From the NCBI GenBank assembly GCA_963592455.1, contig CAVAWS010000063.1:1-36984 (forward strand): a stretch of DNA of 36,984 bases, written 5' to 3'. Position 1 is the stretch's first letter, and each line of letters begins with the position of its first letter. The stretch is from Paratractidigestivibacter sp. Its GTDB lineage: Bacteria > Bacillota_I > Bacilli_A > RF39 > UBA660. Both the position numbers and the translations under genes were made by a program. This document shows, piece by piece, positions 1-7,247 of this stretch. The notes beneath the pieces are model-generated. The model worked only from the letters and a program-made list of their open reading frames with translations. It was not told the origin of the DNA and made no database searches.

Positions 1-228
1 GATTATGTTATAAGTCAGATAGATGAAAAACTTGATAACGTTGTATTTATATTATGGGGAAGACAAGCTAGAGATAAAAAGAAGATTATGAGAAATAAAA
101 ATAATTACATTATAGAGTCAGCTCATCCATCACCACTTTCCGCATATCATGGCTTTTTTGGAAGTAAACCTTTTAGTAAAACAAATAATTATTTAGAAGC
201 ACATAATAAAAAGAAAATTAATTGGTAA
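1..228 (+). CDS. ung: uracil-DNA glycosylase, C-terminal fragment (5' end lies outside window)
   Basis: Frame 1 is open from the window edge to TAA at 226-228. Translation ...VVFILWGRQARDKK...ESAHPSPLSAYHGFFGSKPFSKTNNYL... carries the family-1 UDG HPSPLSA and GFFG motifs. Confidence 0.85.
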   Translation, partial: DYVISQIDEKLDNVVFILWGRQARDKKKIMRNKNNYIIESAHPSPLSAYHGFFGSKPFSKTNNYLEAHNKKKINW

Positions 229-238
229 TTTTCTTTTT

Positions 239-739
239 TTATTCATCAAAAAACTCTAATTTTTTTCTTCTTGCAAATAAGTTAGTAAGTATGATAGGAA
301 ATGATGATATGTACTTATTATACTTTTCTGCATACTTATTGTAATATTTTTTATAAGTTTCTAATTGATCAGATGTTTCATCTAATGAGAAAGCAATTTT
401 ATTTACTTCTTCATTTTCCTTTAATTCTTCAAATTTATCAAAAATTAGATAAAATTCTTTTTTGTATAATAATAATTTTTTGTCTAATTCAAACATATCA
501 TTCTTTTCCTTTGAAAGTTTATCTAAGTTTTCAAATACTTTTTTCTTTGTTTTAACTATCTCTTTAATTTTTATCTCAGCATCTTTTAAAATTTCTCTTC
601 TTTTAATTAAAGTTTCATTAATTTTTTCTTCTATAGTATCTATTTTTATTTCTATAAAATTTAGTTTATCCTTTCTTATTAAATAGAATAATATAATAAA
701 AAATATAATTGGAATAACAAGAAATACAACCATTATCAT
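239..739 (-). CDS. lemA: LemA family membrane protein
   Basis: 166 aa with an N-terminal TM helix (VVFLVIPIIFFIILFYLI), a coiled middle, and the LemA-type C-terminus YNKYAEKYNKYISSFPIILTNLFARRKKLEFF. Confidence 0.8.
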   Translation of the reverse strand: MIMVVFLVIPIIFFIILFYLIRKDKLNFIEIKIDTIEEKINETLIKRREILKDAEIKIKEIVKTKKKVFENLDKLSKEKNDMFELDKKLLLYKKEFYLIFDKFEELKENEEVNKIAFSLDETSDQLETYKKYYNKYAEKYNKYISSFPIILTNLFARRKKLEFFDE

Positions 740-759
740 CTACCTCTATTCTTGGTAAA

Positions 760-788
760 ATTATAGCAAAAAAAGAAGGTCATTACAA
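760..788 (-). promoter_or_regulatory. candidate sigma-A promoter for lemA (TTGTAA - 17 nt - TGcTATAAT), embedded in the gerQ terminator
   Basis: On the minus strand the -35 TTGTAA is plus 783-788, the spacer is 17 nt, and the -10 TATAAT is plus 760-765 with a TGn extension. It lies about 20 nt upstream of the lemA ATG. Confidence 0.3.
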
Positions 789-794
789 GACCTT
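768..794 (-). terminator. rho-independent terminator after gerQ
   Basis: Stem AAGGTC (776-781) / GACCTT (789-794) with a 7-nt loop. An A-run at 768-774 on plus gives a U-tract on the minus transcript. Confidence 0.45.
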
Positions 795-801
795 GCTAAT
801 T

Positions 802-1179
802 TTAATTTGGTAAATAAAATTCTTTGTTATAATTTATTTTTTCATCAAAATCAACATAATTTAAATATATCATAAGTAATAAATACCACTTTCCAGTATT
901 AGGATCACTTATTATAATATGATCTCTTCCTGCAGCTTCAATTATTCCAGTAAAGGTTTTATCTCTCCACTCAACAGAGTCTGGAAACGAAAAGTAGAAA
1001 GTAGCTAGTTTACCTCTGTTTAACCTTAATATGTTTTCAATATATGATTGTTCTATATCTAACATATCATTTTGGTTATTGTAATTTTGCTGCAAGTTAT
1101 TTACGCCCATATTTCCAGTTAAGTTTTTATTTTGATTCATCCCAGGATATGAGGGATTAGTATAATAATTTGTATTCAT
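802..1179 (-). CDS. gerQ: spore coat protein GerQ (YwdL) family
   Basis: 125 aa with a Q/N-rich N-terminus, then the conserved core SYIENILRLNRGKLATFYFSF...EWRDKTFTGIIEAAGRDHIIISDPNTGKWYLLLMIYLNYVDFDE typical of GerQ. RBS AAGGAGAA lies upstream. Confidence 0.75.
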   Translation of the reverse strand: MNTNYYTNPSYPGMNQNKNLTGNMGVNNLQQNYNNQNDMLDIEQSYIENILRLNRGKLATFYFSFPDSVEWRDKTFTGIIEAAGRDHIIISDPNTGKWYLLLMIYLNYVDFDEKINYNKEFYLPN

Positions 1180-1266
1180 TTTTTTATTCTCCTTTATTTG
1201 ATCATTAAAATATATGATATAAATTTATAAATTATGTGTTATAATTGGTAAGGCGAGGTGAAAAGT

Positions 1267-1833
1267 ATGAAAGTAAATATTGGTGTATCTGCAAGACACG
1301 TACATTTATCTAGAAATGATTTAGACATATTATTTGGCAAGGACTATGAGTTAACAGAAAAAGCTCCTTTATCACAACCAGGTCAATTTGCTTGTAATGA
1401 ACAAGTAACAATAGAAGGAGAAAAAGGAAGTATTGAAAGAGTAAGAATTTTAGGACCTTTAAGAAGTAAAACGCAAGTTGAAATATCAAAAACTGATTCT
1501 TTTAAATTAGGTGTTAAACCTCCAGTTAGAAATTCTGGTGACTTAGATGGTGCATCTTCAATAACTATTATTGGACCTAAGGGCAAAGTTACAGTAGATG
1601 CTGCTATAATAGCTTCAAGACACGTACATGCTACAAAAGAAGATGCTAAAAAATATGGGTTTGAAGGAAAAGAATTTGTTTCATTAAAAGTTGGCGGAGA
1701 AAAACCAGGTATTTTAGAAAATGTATATGTTAGAATAAGTGATTCATTTGTTTATGAAGTTCATTTAGATACAGATGATGCAAATGCATTTTTAATTAAA
1801 AATGGTGATGAGGCTGAATTAATAGTTAAATAA
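1267..1833 (+). CDS. pduL: phosphate propanoyl/acetyl-transferase PduL
   Basis: Duplicated PduL signature: VNIGVSARHVHLSRNDLDILFG...LSQPGQFA and IIASRHVHATKEDAKKYG. ATG 1267 sits 8 nt after GAGG; the ORF-track GTG 1258 is a less likely start. Confidence 0.85.
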   Translation: MKVNIGVSARHVHLSRNDLDILFGKDYELTEKAPLSQPGQFACNEQVTIEGEKGSIERVRILGPLRSKTQVEISKTDSFKLGVKPPVRNSGDLDGASSITIIGPKGKVTVDAAIIASRHVHATKEDAKKYGFEGKEFVSLKVGGEKPGILENVYVRISDSFVYEVHLDTDDANAFLIKNGDEAELIVK

Positions 1834-1836
1834 ATA

Positions 1837-1864
1837 AAAGAAACTTTAAAAGAGTTTCTTTTTA
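1837..1864 (+). terminator. rho-independent terminator after pduL
   Basis: Stem AAAGAAACT (1837-1845) / AGTTTCTTT (1853-1861), 7-nt loop, followed by a T-run. Confidence 0.6.
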
Positions 1865-1890
1865 TTATATAATGTTTATGTGGTGATATT

Positions 1891-2877
1891 ATGTTTAAAG
1901 TTGGTAATATAAAGATAAAAAATAGAGTTGTTTTAGCACCCATGGCAGGTGTTTGTAATAGTGCTTTTAGAAGAATAATTAAAGAGATGGGAGCAGGGCT
2001 ATTATTTGCTGAAATGGTAAGTGATAAAGCAATTGTTTATGATAACGAAAAAACACATGACATGCTTTATATGACAGAAGAAGAAAGACCTATTGCACAG
2101 CAGATATTTGGTAGTGATAAAGAAAGTTTTGTTGAAGCTGCTAAAATAATTGAAAAGAAGATGAAACCAGATATTATTGATATTAATATGGGATGTCCAG
2201 TACCTAAGGTGGCTTTAAGATCACAAGCTGGGTCTGCGTTACTTAAAAACCCAGAAAAAGTTTATGAAATAGTAAAGGCTGTTGTAGAAAGTGTAAGTGT
2301 ACCAGTTTCCGTAAAAATACGTAGTGGTTGGGATAGTAATAGTATAAATGCTGTTTTAATAGCAACCATGTGTGAAAAAGCTGGAGCATCATTAATTACT
2401 GTTCATCCAAGGACAAGAGCACAAGGTTATAGTGGTAAGGCCGATTGGAGTATAATAAAGAAAGTAAAAGAAAGTGTTAACATACCAGTTATAGGAAATG
2501 GTGATATATTAAGTCCTTTTGATGCTAAAAAAATGATTGATGAAACTGGTTGTGATGCTGTAATGATAGGAAGAGGAACTCTTGGTAATCCATATCTTAT
2601 AAAACAAATTGTCTATTATCTTGATAAAGGAATAGTATTAGAGGATCAAAGTCCAGTTGAAAAAATGAACCTTTGTTTAAAACATTTTGATTACTTATTA
2701 AAAATAAAACCAGAAAAAACCGCTGTTTTAGAAATGCGCACACATGGAGCTTGGTATTTAAAAGGTCTTCCTGGTGGAGTTAGTGTAAAAAAAAGGTTAT
2801 ATGAAATTAAAACAAAGGATGATTTTATAAAAACAATTAACAAATATATAGAAAAATTAAAGAAAAATATGATATAA
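1891..2877 (+). CDS. dusB: tRNA-dihydrouridine synthase B
   Basis: 328 aa Dus-family TIM barrel: VVLAPMAGVCNSAFRRI, DINMGCPVPKV, VSVKIRSGW, ITVHPRTRAQGYSGKADW, IGNGDI, VMIGRGTLGNP. Confidence 0.9.
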   Translation: MFKVGNIKIKNRVVLAPMAGVCNSAFRRIIKEMGAGLLFAEMVSDKAIVYDNEKTHDMLYMTEEERPIAQQIFGSDKESFVEAAKIIEKKMKPDIIDINMGCPVPKVALRSQAGSALLKNPEKVYEIVKAVVESVSVPVSVKIRSGWDSNSINAVLIATMCEKAGASLITVHPRTRAQGYSGKADWSIIKKVKESVNIPVIGNGDILSPFDAKKMIDETGCDAVMIGRGTLGNPYLIKQIVYYLDKGIVLEDQSPVEKMNLCLKHFDYLLKIKPEKTAVLEMRTHGAWYLKGLPGGVSVKKRLYEIKTKDDFIKTINKYIEKLKKNMI

Positions 2878-2887
2878 TTTAATTGTA

Positions 2888-2927
2888 GAACAAAATTATG
2901 CAAGGTGCGTTATTAGCATATTTGTTC
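2888..2927 (+). other. 12-bp hairpin in the dusB / transporter intergenic region
   Basis: GAACAAA[at]TATGC (2888-2901) pairs with GCATATTTGTTC (2916-2927) around a 14-nt GC-containing loop AAGGTGCGTTATTA. No U-tract follows on either strand. Confidence 0.35.
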
Positions 2928-2949
2928 AAAAAAATTATGGGAGGATGAA

Positions 2950-3786
2950 ATGAAAAAATATAATTTATTAAAAGTGTTAGCAATAACTATTTTAATTGCA
3001 GTTATAGTTACATTTATCATTCCAGGATCTAGTGCAGATTATTCTGGTAATGTAACAGAAACTGGTATTGCATCCGTTGGTATTTGGGCTTTATTTTCAA
3101 ATATTAATGTATCATTATCATATTTTAGTTCTATTGCAGTTTATATAATAGCAATTGCTATATTTTATGCAGTTCTTAGTAATTTGAAATCATATCCTGC
3201 TTTAGTAAAAAAGGCAGCAGAAAAATTTGAAGGACGTGAGTCATTATTAGTAGGAATATCATCAATCTTATTTGGATTAGCAGCATTATTTGTTAGTGAT
3301 GCAATGATACTACTTTTATTTGTTCCGTTTGTATATCAAATTATGAAAGAATTAAATATTGATAAAAAAGCTATTTTAGCATCAACAATTATTGCATCTT
3401 TAATAGGAGCTATGTTTAGTATATATGATTCTACTTTATTTAGCATATTTAGTTTAAGTTTAAATACATTACTTTTAGTTAAAATAGTAGTATTTGTATT
3501 ATCTATTTGTGTATTAATTTTCTTTATCGCACCAAATTGTAAAAAAGAAGAAAATATAGTTTCTGTTAAAGAAAAAGAAGAAAAATCTTCTAAAAAAACT
3601 GAAAATGTTAAAAAAGTAACAGAAAAGAAAGCTACTAAAGAAGAAAAAATTAAGAAGCAACCTGCTAAAAAGGCATCAGCTAAAAAGAGTGCTTCAAAGA
3701 AAGCAGAAACAAAGAAGGTAGCTAAGAAAGCGGCTCCTAAGAAGAGCGCATCATCTTCAAAATCAGGAAAGAAGGTGACTAAATAA
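2950..3786 (+). CDS. membrane protein resembling the N-terminal half of a YfcC/DcuC-type transporter, with a Lys/Ala-rich C-terminal tail
   Basis: RBS GGGAGGA. About 190 aa of TM helices (LLKVLAITILIAVIVTFIIPGS, SDAMILLLFVPFVYQIMKELNIDKKAILASTIIASLIGAMFS), then a tail of about 85 aa ending KKQPAKKASAKKSASKKAETKKVAKKAAPKKSASSSKSGKKVTK. Confidence 0.6.
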   Translation: MKKYNLLKVLAITILIAVIVTFIIPGSSADYSGNVTETGIASVGIWALFSNINVSLSYFSSIAVYIIAIAIFYAVLSNLKSYPALVKKAAEKFEGRESLLVGISSILFGLAALFVSDAMILLLFVPFVYQIMKELNIDKKAILASTIIASLIGAMFSIYDSTLFSIFSLSLNTLLLVKIVVFVLSICVLIFFIAPNCKKEENIVSVKEKEEKSSKKTENVKKVTEKKATKEEKIKKQPAKKASAKKSASKKAETKKVAKKAAPKKSASSSKSGKKVTK

Positions 3787-4898
3787 TGGTAATATTAGGT
3801 ATAGTTCTAGTATTAATTATAATAGTTTCATTATGGAAAATATTTGTTAAAAATAATAAGCATGGATGGGCATCAATAATTCCTATCTATAGATCAATTG
3901 TTATATTAAAAATTGCAGAATTACCTTTATGGTATGTTGTAATGTTATTTATTCCATTAGTAAATTTAGTGTTCTTATTTATAATTATGATTAACTTTGC
4001 TAAGAAGCTTGGTAAAACATCATCATTTGGTGTTGGGTTAGTATTATTACCATATATTTTCTTACCAATTTTAGATAATTCTATTAAAGAAGAAGAAAAA
4101 GTAGATAACAGAAAAGAAAAACCAGTATTAGCATTAGTTTTATACATACTTTTAATAGTATTTGTATTATTTGCTAGTATTCCATGGGAGTCATTATTTA
4201 GCAAATTTACTGCATTTAGTGATTTTAATACTTGGTTATCAAAATTAGCTATTGGGGACTTTAAAGTATTTAGCAATCTAATTGCTGCACCAGTAGTAAC
4301 AGATGCTACAACAGGATCTAGTGGTGTTATCTCAGTGCTTGGTAATTGGACTATGAGTGATGTAGCTATTTTACTTCTAATAATTAGTATTGTAATAGTT
4401 ATATTCAATAGAAAATACATTAAATTAGATAAATATATCGAAAGTATTACTAGTGGTATTAAAAAGGCATTACCAGTTGCAGTAACCGCTATGTTAATAA
4501 GTTTAGTAGCAATTATATTTATTACATCTGGTGTTAATGTTACTATAGTAAATCATATTACATCATTAACTAGCAAGTTAGGTGTTATAGTATCTTCTAC
4601 TTTAGGAAGCATAGTAGGAAGTGTTACAACAGCAGATTTCTATTATTACTTATCTACATTATACGCAGTATTCCAAGGTGTAGCAGGTGGAAGTGATTTA
4701 TATGGTGTTACATCATTTATTGTACAATCAGTATATTACTTAATGATGTTTATCGCACCAACTTCAGTAGCATTAATAGTTGGATTATACTCATTAGATA
4801 TTCCATATGGAAAATGGTTTAAATACATTTGGAAAGTATTATTATCGTTATTAATAATAGTATTAGTTGCAGCAGTTATTATATATGTTGCATTATAA
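3786..4898 (+). CDS. membrane protein: DUF5684-like N-terminal hairpin fused to the C-terminal half of a YfcC/DcuC-type transporter
   Basis: Its ATG overlaps the upstream TAA (TAATG). The first ~95 aa read WKIFVKNNKHGWASIIPIYRSIVILKIAELPLWYVVMLFIPLVNLV...FGVGLVLLPYIFLPILD, the DUF5684 pattern. The C-terminus MFIAPTSVALIVGLYSLDIPYGKWFKY is YfcC-like. Confidence 0.6.
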   Translation: MVILGIVLVLIIIVSLWKIFVKNNKHGWASIIPIYRSIVILKIAELPLWYVVMLFIPLVNLVFLFIIMINFAKKLGKTSSFGVGLVLLPYIFLPILDNSIKEEEKVDNRKEKPVLALVLYILLIVFVLFASIPWESLFSKFTAFSDFNTWLSKLAIGDFKVFSNLIAAPVVTDATTGSSGVISVLGNWTMSDVAILLLIISIVIVIFNRKYIKLDKYIESITSGIKKALPVAVTAMLISLVAIIFITSGVNVTIVNHITSLTSKLGVIVSSTLGSIVGSVTTADFYYYLSTLYAVFQGVAGGSDLYGVTSFIVQSVYYLMMFIAPTSVALIVGLYSLDIPYGKWFKYIWKVLLSLLIIVLVAAVIIYVAL

Positions 4899-4911
4899 TA
4901 AATGAGTTTGT

Positions 4912-4942
4912 AAAAGCTTAAGTGAAAACTTGAGCTTTTTTT
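4912..4942 (+). terminator. rho-independent terminator after the transporter pair
   Basis: AAAAGCTTAAGT (4912-4923) / ACTTGAGCTTTT (4928-4939), one G-U pair, GAAA loop, then a T-run to 4942. Confidence 0.7.
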
Positions 4943-5005
4943 GTTTAAAATAAAAATAAAACTATCATAATAATCATAGAATATAGAGAAAAAGGTGATT
5001 ATTTT

Positions 5006-7189
5006 ATGTACGTTAATTTTAATGAAGATGCTAAGAAAGTTATAAAACATGCTAAGGGTGAAATGTTAAAACTAAATCATCCATATGTAGGTAGTGAACA
5101 TATTATATTATCAATACTAAAAAATTGCGATGAGTTAGAAAACATATTTAAAAAGCAAAATATTACATATGATAAATTTAAACACAAATTAATTGATTTA
5201 GTAGGTACAGGTTCTAAAAAAAGTAAGTTTATCCTATATACACCACTACTTAGAAAAATAATAAGTAATTCCGTTATAGAAGCAAGAGAAGAAAATAAAA
5301 AAATAGTTGGACCTGAAAGAATTTTAATACAGATTTTAAATGAAGAAAAGGGCGTAGCATATACTGTTATGGCTGAGCTTAACATGAATTTTGAAAGTCT
5401 AAAAAGTGATGTTAGAAAATTATCTAGACAATCAAGGGGTAAAAAAGGTAAGCTGCTATTAGAAGAACTTGGAACAGACTTAGTTAGTGAAGCAAGAGAA
5501 AATAAACTAGATCCAGTAATAGGAAGAGATAAAGAAATAAATGATCTTATTAAAATTCTGGTAAGAAGAAAGAAGAATAATCCAATACTAATAGGCCCAG
5601 CTGGAGTAGGTAAAACCGCAATAGTAGAACAAATGGCGTATTTAATATCAAGAAAGAAAGTTCCAAAGTACTTGTTAGATAAAAGAATTATTTTTATTAA
5701 TATATTTTCACTAGTTGCAGGGACAAAATACCGTGGTGAATTTGAGGAAAAAATGAAGACGATTATAAAGGAATTAGAAGATAATCCTGATATTATATTA
5801 TTTATAGATGAGGTACATACAATAGTTGGAGCAGGAAGTGCAGAAGGTGCAATAGATGCTTCAAATATTTTTAAACCAGCTCTTGCAAGGGGAAATATAA
5901 AAATAATAGGAGCAACTACGACAGAAGAGTATTCTAAGTATATAAAGCAAGATGCAGCACTAAATAGAAGATTTCAAAAAATATACGTAGGAGAGCCAAG
6001 TAAAAAGGCGTTAAAGAACATATTATTAAACATAAAAAAAATATATGAAACTTATCATAATGTTATCTTAGAAGATGATTTAATAGATGTTATAATTGAT
6101 TATTCAAGTAAGTATATAGAAGATAGATATGAACCGGATAGGTCTATTGATATTTTAGATGAAGTATGTAGTATGGTGTCTTTAAAAGAAACAAAACTTG
6201 ATAAAGAAGTAAAAAGAATATCAAGTTTGAAAAGTAATCTAGTACTTAGAAAAAAACGTGCTTGTAAATATAATAATTATAAATTAGCTTGTAAGTTAAA
6301 AGAAGAAGAAAATAAATTAGATTATGAGTTAAAAAAATTAAATAAACCAATAAGAAAAGTTACGAAAGCTGATATAAAGAAAATAATAGAGGAAAAACAT
6401 AATTGTAAGCTGCTAAACTATGATAATAATTATTATAAAAAGTTAGAAAAAAGTATGAAGGATAATATTTTAGGAAGAGATAATGAAATAGAAAAATTTA
6501 TTTATTGTTTAAAAAAGTATAAATTAACTGATGATAAATTACCATTTAAAATATCCATAAATGGTAGTGATAATTATTCATTTGCAAAAGATATTTGTAA
6601 GTGTTTAAATAATAATATGATAGAGCTTGATTTAGAAAGTTTTGAAGGAGCTTACTCAGTAAATAAATTAATAGGTTATCTATCAGATGTAAAAAACGAT
6701 TTATTTTCTAAAATAAAACTTAATCCATTTTCTATAATAATAATTAAAAATTATAATAAAGCATCATTCGAAGTATTAGGTATAATAGATGAAATATTAA
6801 AAGATGGCTATTCTTATGATGTGAAAGGAAACAAGGTAAGCTTTAAAAATACAATGATTTTTATGTTATCTAATAAGAAAAAGAGCAATATTGGATTCGG
6901 TAATAATAATTTTGAAGAATATGATTTATCTTTTAAATATGTAATTAATATGGATAGTATAAATGAAGAAAAGTTAGATAATATAATTGATGATAAAATA
7001 ACTTTTTTAAAAAACAAGTATAGATTAAACATAAAATTATCTAATGAAACTAAGTATAAATTATTAAATAAATGTAAAAATGATTTATCAATGAGCAATA
7101 TAAATGATAATTTAAATAAAATAGTAGAAGATAAAGTAGTAGACAATATAATTACATCAGATAAAGTCTTAGAAAACATAGTGATTTAA
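5006..7189 (+). CDS. clpC: ClpC-like AAA+ protein with intact N-domain and D1 but degenerate D2
   Basis: Clp_N repeats (HPYVGSEHIILSIL; GPERILIQIL). D1 has Walker A GPAGVGKTA, Walker B ILFIDEVH and ALNRRFQ. In D2, INGSDNYSF replaces GPTGVGKT and IIIKNYNKA replaces LLDEIEKA. An IGF tripeptide is present (KSNIGFGNN). The gene sits upstream of cysS, as in the Bacillus clpC region. Confidence 0.85.
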   Translation: MYVNFNEDAKKVIKHAKGEMLKLNHPYVGSEHIILSILKNCDELENIFKKQNITYDKFKHKLIDLVGTGSKKSKFILYTPLLRKIISNSVIEAREENKKIVGPERILIQILNEEKGVAYTVMAELNMNFESLKSDVRKLSRQSRGKKGKLLLEELGTDLVSEARENKLDPVIGRDKEINDLIKILVRRKKNNPILIGPAGVGKTAIVEQMAYLISRKKVPKYLLDKRIIFINIFSLVAGTKYRGEFEEKMKTIIKELEDNPDIILFIDEVHTIVGAGSAEGAIDASNIFKPALARGNIKIIGATTTEEYSKYIKQDAALNRRFQKIYVGEPSKKALKNILLNIKKIYETYHNVILEDDLIDVIIDYSSKYIEDRYEPDRSIDILDEVCSMVSLKETKLDKEVKRISSLKSNLVLRKKRACKYNNYKLACKLKEEENKLDYELKKLNKPIRKVTKADIKKIIEEKHNCKLLNYDNNYYKKLEKSMKDNILGRDNEIEKFIYCLKKYKLTDDKLPFKISINGSDNYSFAKDICKCLNNNMIELDLESFEGAYSVNKLIGYLSDVKNDLFSKIKLNPFSIIIIKNYNKASFEVLGIIDEILKDGYSYDVKGNKVSFKNTMIFMLSNKKKSNIGFGNNNFEEYDLSFKYVINMDSINEEKLDNIIDDKITFLKNKYRLNIKLSNETKYKLLNKCKNDLSMSNINDNLNKIVEDKVVDNIITSDKVLENIVI

Positions 7190-7247
7190 TATTACTGGTT
7201 TTCTTTTTAATTTTATTGTATAATTATTTTTAGAAAGGTGTGATTTT

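Noticed and set aside
3887-4420. 177-aa minus-strand ORF inside the transporter gene. The same applies to the other antisense ORFs in the track: 301..555, 462..686, 1383..1586, 4736..5050, 5077..5385, 6814..7179, 11439..11699, 14038..14244, 14584..14907, 16463..16648 and 17941..18168.
   Set aside because: All lie antisense to, or out of frame within, ORFs that have clear family signatures. They lack RBSs and translate to low-complexity I/L/F/S/N-rich strings, which is typical of chance open frames in AT-rich DNA.
4943-5005. Searched for a CtsR operator (tandem GGTCAAA) upstream of clpC and, on the other strand, upstream of clpP (10691..10797).
   Set aside because: No GTCAAA repeat is present. 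The only resemblance is a single AGTCACA half-site near 10753-10759 on the minus strand, which is not enough to call.
7190-7247. Possible T-box riboswitch upstream of cysS.
   Set aside because: The intergenic region is only 58 nt, far too short for a T-box leader. It contains only a TATAAT-like element and the RBS.
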